A stretch of DNA of 62,462 bases, filler included, from Nitrospinae bacterium RIFCSPLOWO2_12_FULL_45_22 (GTDB taxonomy: Bacteria > 2-12-FULL-45-22), in assembly GCA_001803565.1 (NCBI GenBank). It is 6 parts of 6 records of this genome, joined end to end, with 100 filler letters (N's around TTAATTAATTAA, not from the genome) between each part and the next. Parts side by side here need not be neighbours in the genome. Positions count along the whole stretch, not along the records: positions 50,359 to 62,462 come from MHDQ01000223.1; 5 more parts are not named here. One strand, written 5' to 3'. The position numbers and the translations under genes were made by a program. Shown here piece by piece: positions 61,075 to 62,462 of this stretch (its first letter is position 1; every line of letters starts with the position of its first letter). The notes beneath the pieces are model-generated. The model ran no database searches. It was not told where the DNA came from and saw nothing but the letters and a program-made list of their open reading frames with translations.

Positions 61075-61227
61075 AACCACAAATTATACAGATTTTTACA
61101 GATACACCCAGGTTAATTAGAAGTCAGGAGTCAGAATTCAGAATAGAAGTTGGTTGTCCTTTCATGCTGGTTATTAATTCTGACTCCTGTATTCCCTAAA
61201 TAGTATAATCCGTGTGCATCCGTGGCT
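61075..61227. repeat. nested 9-mer/7-mer inverted arrays
   Basis: CCAC..ACAGAT arrays and ATCCGTG complements enclosing AGTCAGG/AGTCAGA/ATTCAGA and TTCTGACTCCTG. Confidence 0.75.
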
Positions 61228-61247
61228 ATATCTAGCTAGTTCTTACC

Positions 61248-62462
61248 ATGGAAAGAGGGCCAGAAGCAGAAATCTTCAAAGAAGAAATATATATAGACCG
61301 TCGCCCCCTACCGCTCCTTCTGTTCCTGGCTTACAAACGGGGTCTTGTCCTCATTTTAGCCTTCCTCCTCTCGGGGATTATCCTGCAATTACCTGCCCCA
61401 GTGGGATTATCCTTAGCGGGGCAGAGGTGTTTAGCTATCTTCAGCCTCTGCCTTATCTGCTGGATAACCAATGCCCTCCCTCTGGCTATTACTAGCCTGA
61501 TGGCCATGGGCCTGTTAGCCCTGTTGAGGGTATTGGAAAGCAAAGAGGTATTTGCCCTCTTCGGTAATGAGGCAGTATTTTTTATACTGGGGGCCTTTAT
61601 CCTGGCTGCCGCCCTGATGAAGACCGGTTTGAGCAGCCGGATAGCCCTCTGGCTCCTAAATAGGTTCTCTACCAGCCCAGCAAGGCTCTTGTTAGGCATT
61701 TTACTTTCTGCTGCCTTCTTATCCTGTTGGATGCCAGAGCATGCGGTAGCGGCCTTTCTCTTCCCGGTAGTATTAGAGATTACGCAGGCCTTAGGGCTAA
61801 AGATAGGGAAGAGTCCTTATGGTACGGCCCTATTTTTGGCCTTAGCCTGGGGCTCTATTATCGGCGGGGTGCAGACCTTTCTGGGCGGGGCAAGGAATGT
61901 CCTGGCTATAGGTATACTGCGGGAGTTTTCTGGCCAGCAAATCGGTTTTCTGGAGTGGATAATAGCGGTCTGGCCCATAGTCTTATGGAATTTGATTATA
62001 GCCTATCTGATCTTGGTTCGGGCCTTCCCACCAGAAATCTCTGACATAAGGGGAGCCGTACGGGTATTGCAAGAGAAGCAACTGGCCAGAGGGAAAATTA
62101 CCGGGGAAGAGAAGAGGGCCTTGTTCATCCTGCTCCTTACTATAACTGCCTGGGTATTCCTGGGGCACAGAATAGGGTTGGCCACTATTGCCATAATATC
62201 AGCCGTAGCCCTTTTTCTCCTTAATATTGTCTCCTGGCATGATGTAGAAGATTATGTGAATTGGGGGGTAATATTGATGTATGGTGGGGCCATTGCCCTC
62301 GGGGTAGCTCTAGCCAAAACTGGTGCTGGACATTGGGCAGTTACTTCCTTCATCACCCAATGGCAGCCATCCCCTGCTAGCATAATAGCTGTTTTGGTGA
62401 TAATTTCTATATGTCTAACCGAGGCAATGAGTAATTCTGCGGTGGTAGCTATGATCCTTCCT
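61248..62462 (+). CDS. DASS/SLC13 family sodium:anion symporter, runs off window
   Basis: Manual translation: WITNALPLAITSL, FFILGAFILAAAL, WMPEHAVAA, IGGVQTFLGGARN; absent from ORF track because no stop in window. Confidence 0.92.
   Translation, partial: MERGPEAEIFKEEIYIDRRPLPLLLFLAYKRGLVLILAFLLSGIILQLPAPVGLSLAGQRCLAIFSLCLICWITNALPLAITSLMAMGLLALLRVLESKEVFALFGNEAVFFILGAFILAAALMKTGLSSRIALWLLNRFSTSPARLLLGILLSAAFLSCWMPEHAVAAFLFPVVLEITQALGLKIGKSPYGTALFLALAWGSIIGGVQTFLGGARNVLAIGILREFSGQQIGFLEWIIAVWPIVLWNLIIAYLILVRAFPPEISDIRGAVRVLQEKQLARGKITGEEKRALFILLLTITAWVFLGHRIGLATIAIISAVALFLLNIVSWHDVEDYVNWGVILMYGGAIALGVALAKTGAGHWAVTSFITQWQPSPASIIAVLVIISICLTEAMSNSAVVAMILP

Overview
A 62.5-kb pseudo-scaffold of six contigs from what looks like a diderm, probably anaerobic or facultative bacterium (delta-proteobacteria-like gene content; taxonomy cannot be fixed from this window). 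The contigs are joined by artificial 100-nt N/TTAATTAATTAA/N linkers, so gene order across linkers is not biological. Main content: (1) an OprC-type copper TonB-dependent receptor with TonB and a Cys/His-rich upstream ORF; (2) a core (MesA-like) methionine synthase, SAM methyltransferase, TetR and FadL cluster; (3) a decaying surface-polysaccharide locus hit by IS256 and a MITE; (4) a sigma54-controlled multiheme cytochrome locus with an OmcE-like cytochrome, a 9-heme PKD-domain cytochrome, NHL and HAMP proteins, suggesting extracellular electron transfer; (5) MerR, DmpA-type peptidase and isobutyryl-CoA mutase; (6) a tetraheme/NrfC/NrfD quinol oxidoreductase preceded by an amphipathic-repeat protein; (7) cell-envelope genes and phoU; (8) an Rrf2-regulated sulfur assimilation operon. 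Intergenic DNA is full of nested palindromic miniature elements (GTAAC-ended MITEs with 8-bp target duplications, 9-mer and 7-mer inverted arrays), one of which carries a GxxExxY gene. No rRNA, tRNA or CRISPR array was recognised. All calls come from reading motifs by eye; no searches were run.
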